Origin: a virus
Reading direction: 5' to 3' (one strand)
Length of the DNA stretch: 64,000 nt
Virus record (IMG/VR): IMGVR_UViG_3300009155_000038
The position numbers were made by a program, and so were the translations under genes. The notes beneath the pieces were generated by a model. The model made no database searches. It saw nothing but the letters and a program-made list of their open reading frames with translations, and had not been told where the DNA came from. Below are positions 63,245 through 64,000 of the stretch, one piece after another. Positions within the stretch are counted from its first letter, which is position 1. Each line of letters begins with the position of its first letter.

Positions 63245-63998
63245 TTGGAATTTTCCCGCTGTAAACTGCAGTACAGGCTTCTAGAAGATGGCAAACGTTT
63301 GCCCTGTAATTGCCTTGTAATGTGTGGTAATGCCCGCCGTGGCTACGCACCTGCTCCTGAAAATGTTGATGATGGCTGTTGCCCATTGTGATAACGGTAA
63401 ACGCCGCAGGGGTCACGCCAGTGGCTTTGACCGCGGCATACGCCCTAAAGAACAGATTCAAACCCCGCTCTGCTTCGCCGGCAACGACAAAGACGCCGCC
63501 AGTCGGGCCTTCCAGCAAGTTCCGAATCTGCTCGGTTAAGATAAGAAAATCGGTATAGCTCGCAGCGCCGATGGCTGCGCCCAGCTCTGCGCCACGCACG
63601 GTGGCCGAAGCATGCTGGTCTATCTCGCCAATTTCAATATGGGCTGTCACGGGCACACCTATACGGTATGCCGCGTTCACGATACTGCGGTGCTTCTCGT
63701 CCCGCTTTTCAAAACCCCAGCGCCCAATCGCTTCGCCGTACCCGATACCGTTATTCGATGCTAGGCGCGCGATGTAGTTCAGATCCGGCGGGCTAGTGAT
63801 ATTCGCCGCCTTGATGTCTCGTACGAGCCCCTGCCCTGTCGTAGCAATACCTGTGACGTACTGATTCGTAAGCAGCGCGCTCGCCACGATACCAGCGCCA
63901 GCGGCTAATGCTTGCGCCCCCAGAAAACACACCACAGGTTTGTCAGCTACTCGGGCAGCGTGGATCGCCTGCGCGGCCACGATGTGCTCGGCCGACAT
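63195..63998 (-). CDS. Deoxyhypusine-synthase-like protein, shortened and degenerate (may extend 5' beyond the window)
   Basis: AIHAARVADKPVVCFLGA, GIGYGEAIG, AAY.IGVPVTAH..IG and GAAIGAASYTDF.I...GGVF follow the bacterial DHS-like family. Confidence 0.65.
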   Translation of the reverse strand: MSAEHIVAAQAIHAARVADKPVVCFLGAQALAAGAGIVASALLTNQYVTGIATTGQGLVRDIKAANITSPPDLNYIARLASNNGIGYGEAIGRWGFEKRDEKHRSIVNAAYRIGVPVTAHIEIGEIDQHASATVRGAELGAAIGAASYTDFLILTEQIRNLLEGPTGGVFVVAGEAERGLNLFFRAYAAVKATGVTPAAFTVITMGNSHHQHFQEQVRSHGGHYHTLQGNYRANVCHLLEACTAVYSGKIPNDLKQRLSIEPRTEVN

Positions 63999-64000
63999 GG

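Overview
The window is a 64 kb slice of a large tailed-phage genome. Every credible gene lies on the minus strand, and the standard genetic code fits (TAA, TAG and TGA all used as stops). The left ~26 kb is a virion fibre/decoration cluster. It holds nine collagen-like (Gly-X-Y, Thr-rich) genes, LamG and FN3 domains and reused N-terminal anchor modules, interleaved with a cytidine deaminase, a sulfotransferase-like gene, a PL5 alginate-lyase homologue and a GT2. The region 26-43 kb holds dTMP kinase, an HD-domain protein, two more glycosyltransferases, a probable portal with a Zn-ribbon insert, a RuvC-like resolvase and many unknown genes. The region 43-64 kb is a recombination/replication operon: RecA, gp32-like SSB, UDG-PolA fusion, primase, DnaB-like helicase, SF2 helicase, SbcCD, a DEDDh exonuclease, tRNA-Gln and a deoxyhypusine-synthase-like gene. 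The best candidate for an undescribed system is a tightly coupled gene pair inside that operon. One gene encodes a stand-alone Cas7/Csm3-like RAMP protein (54889-55386) and the other a degenerate IS110/Nop-fold-like protein (55390-56337); they are flanked by an SF2 helicase and Mre11/Rad50. I found no CRISPR or other guide array in the window. All family calls come from motif recognition by eye, with no database search. Several start codons were moved from the ORF track to the start with a better RBS or coupling.
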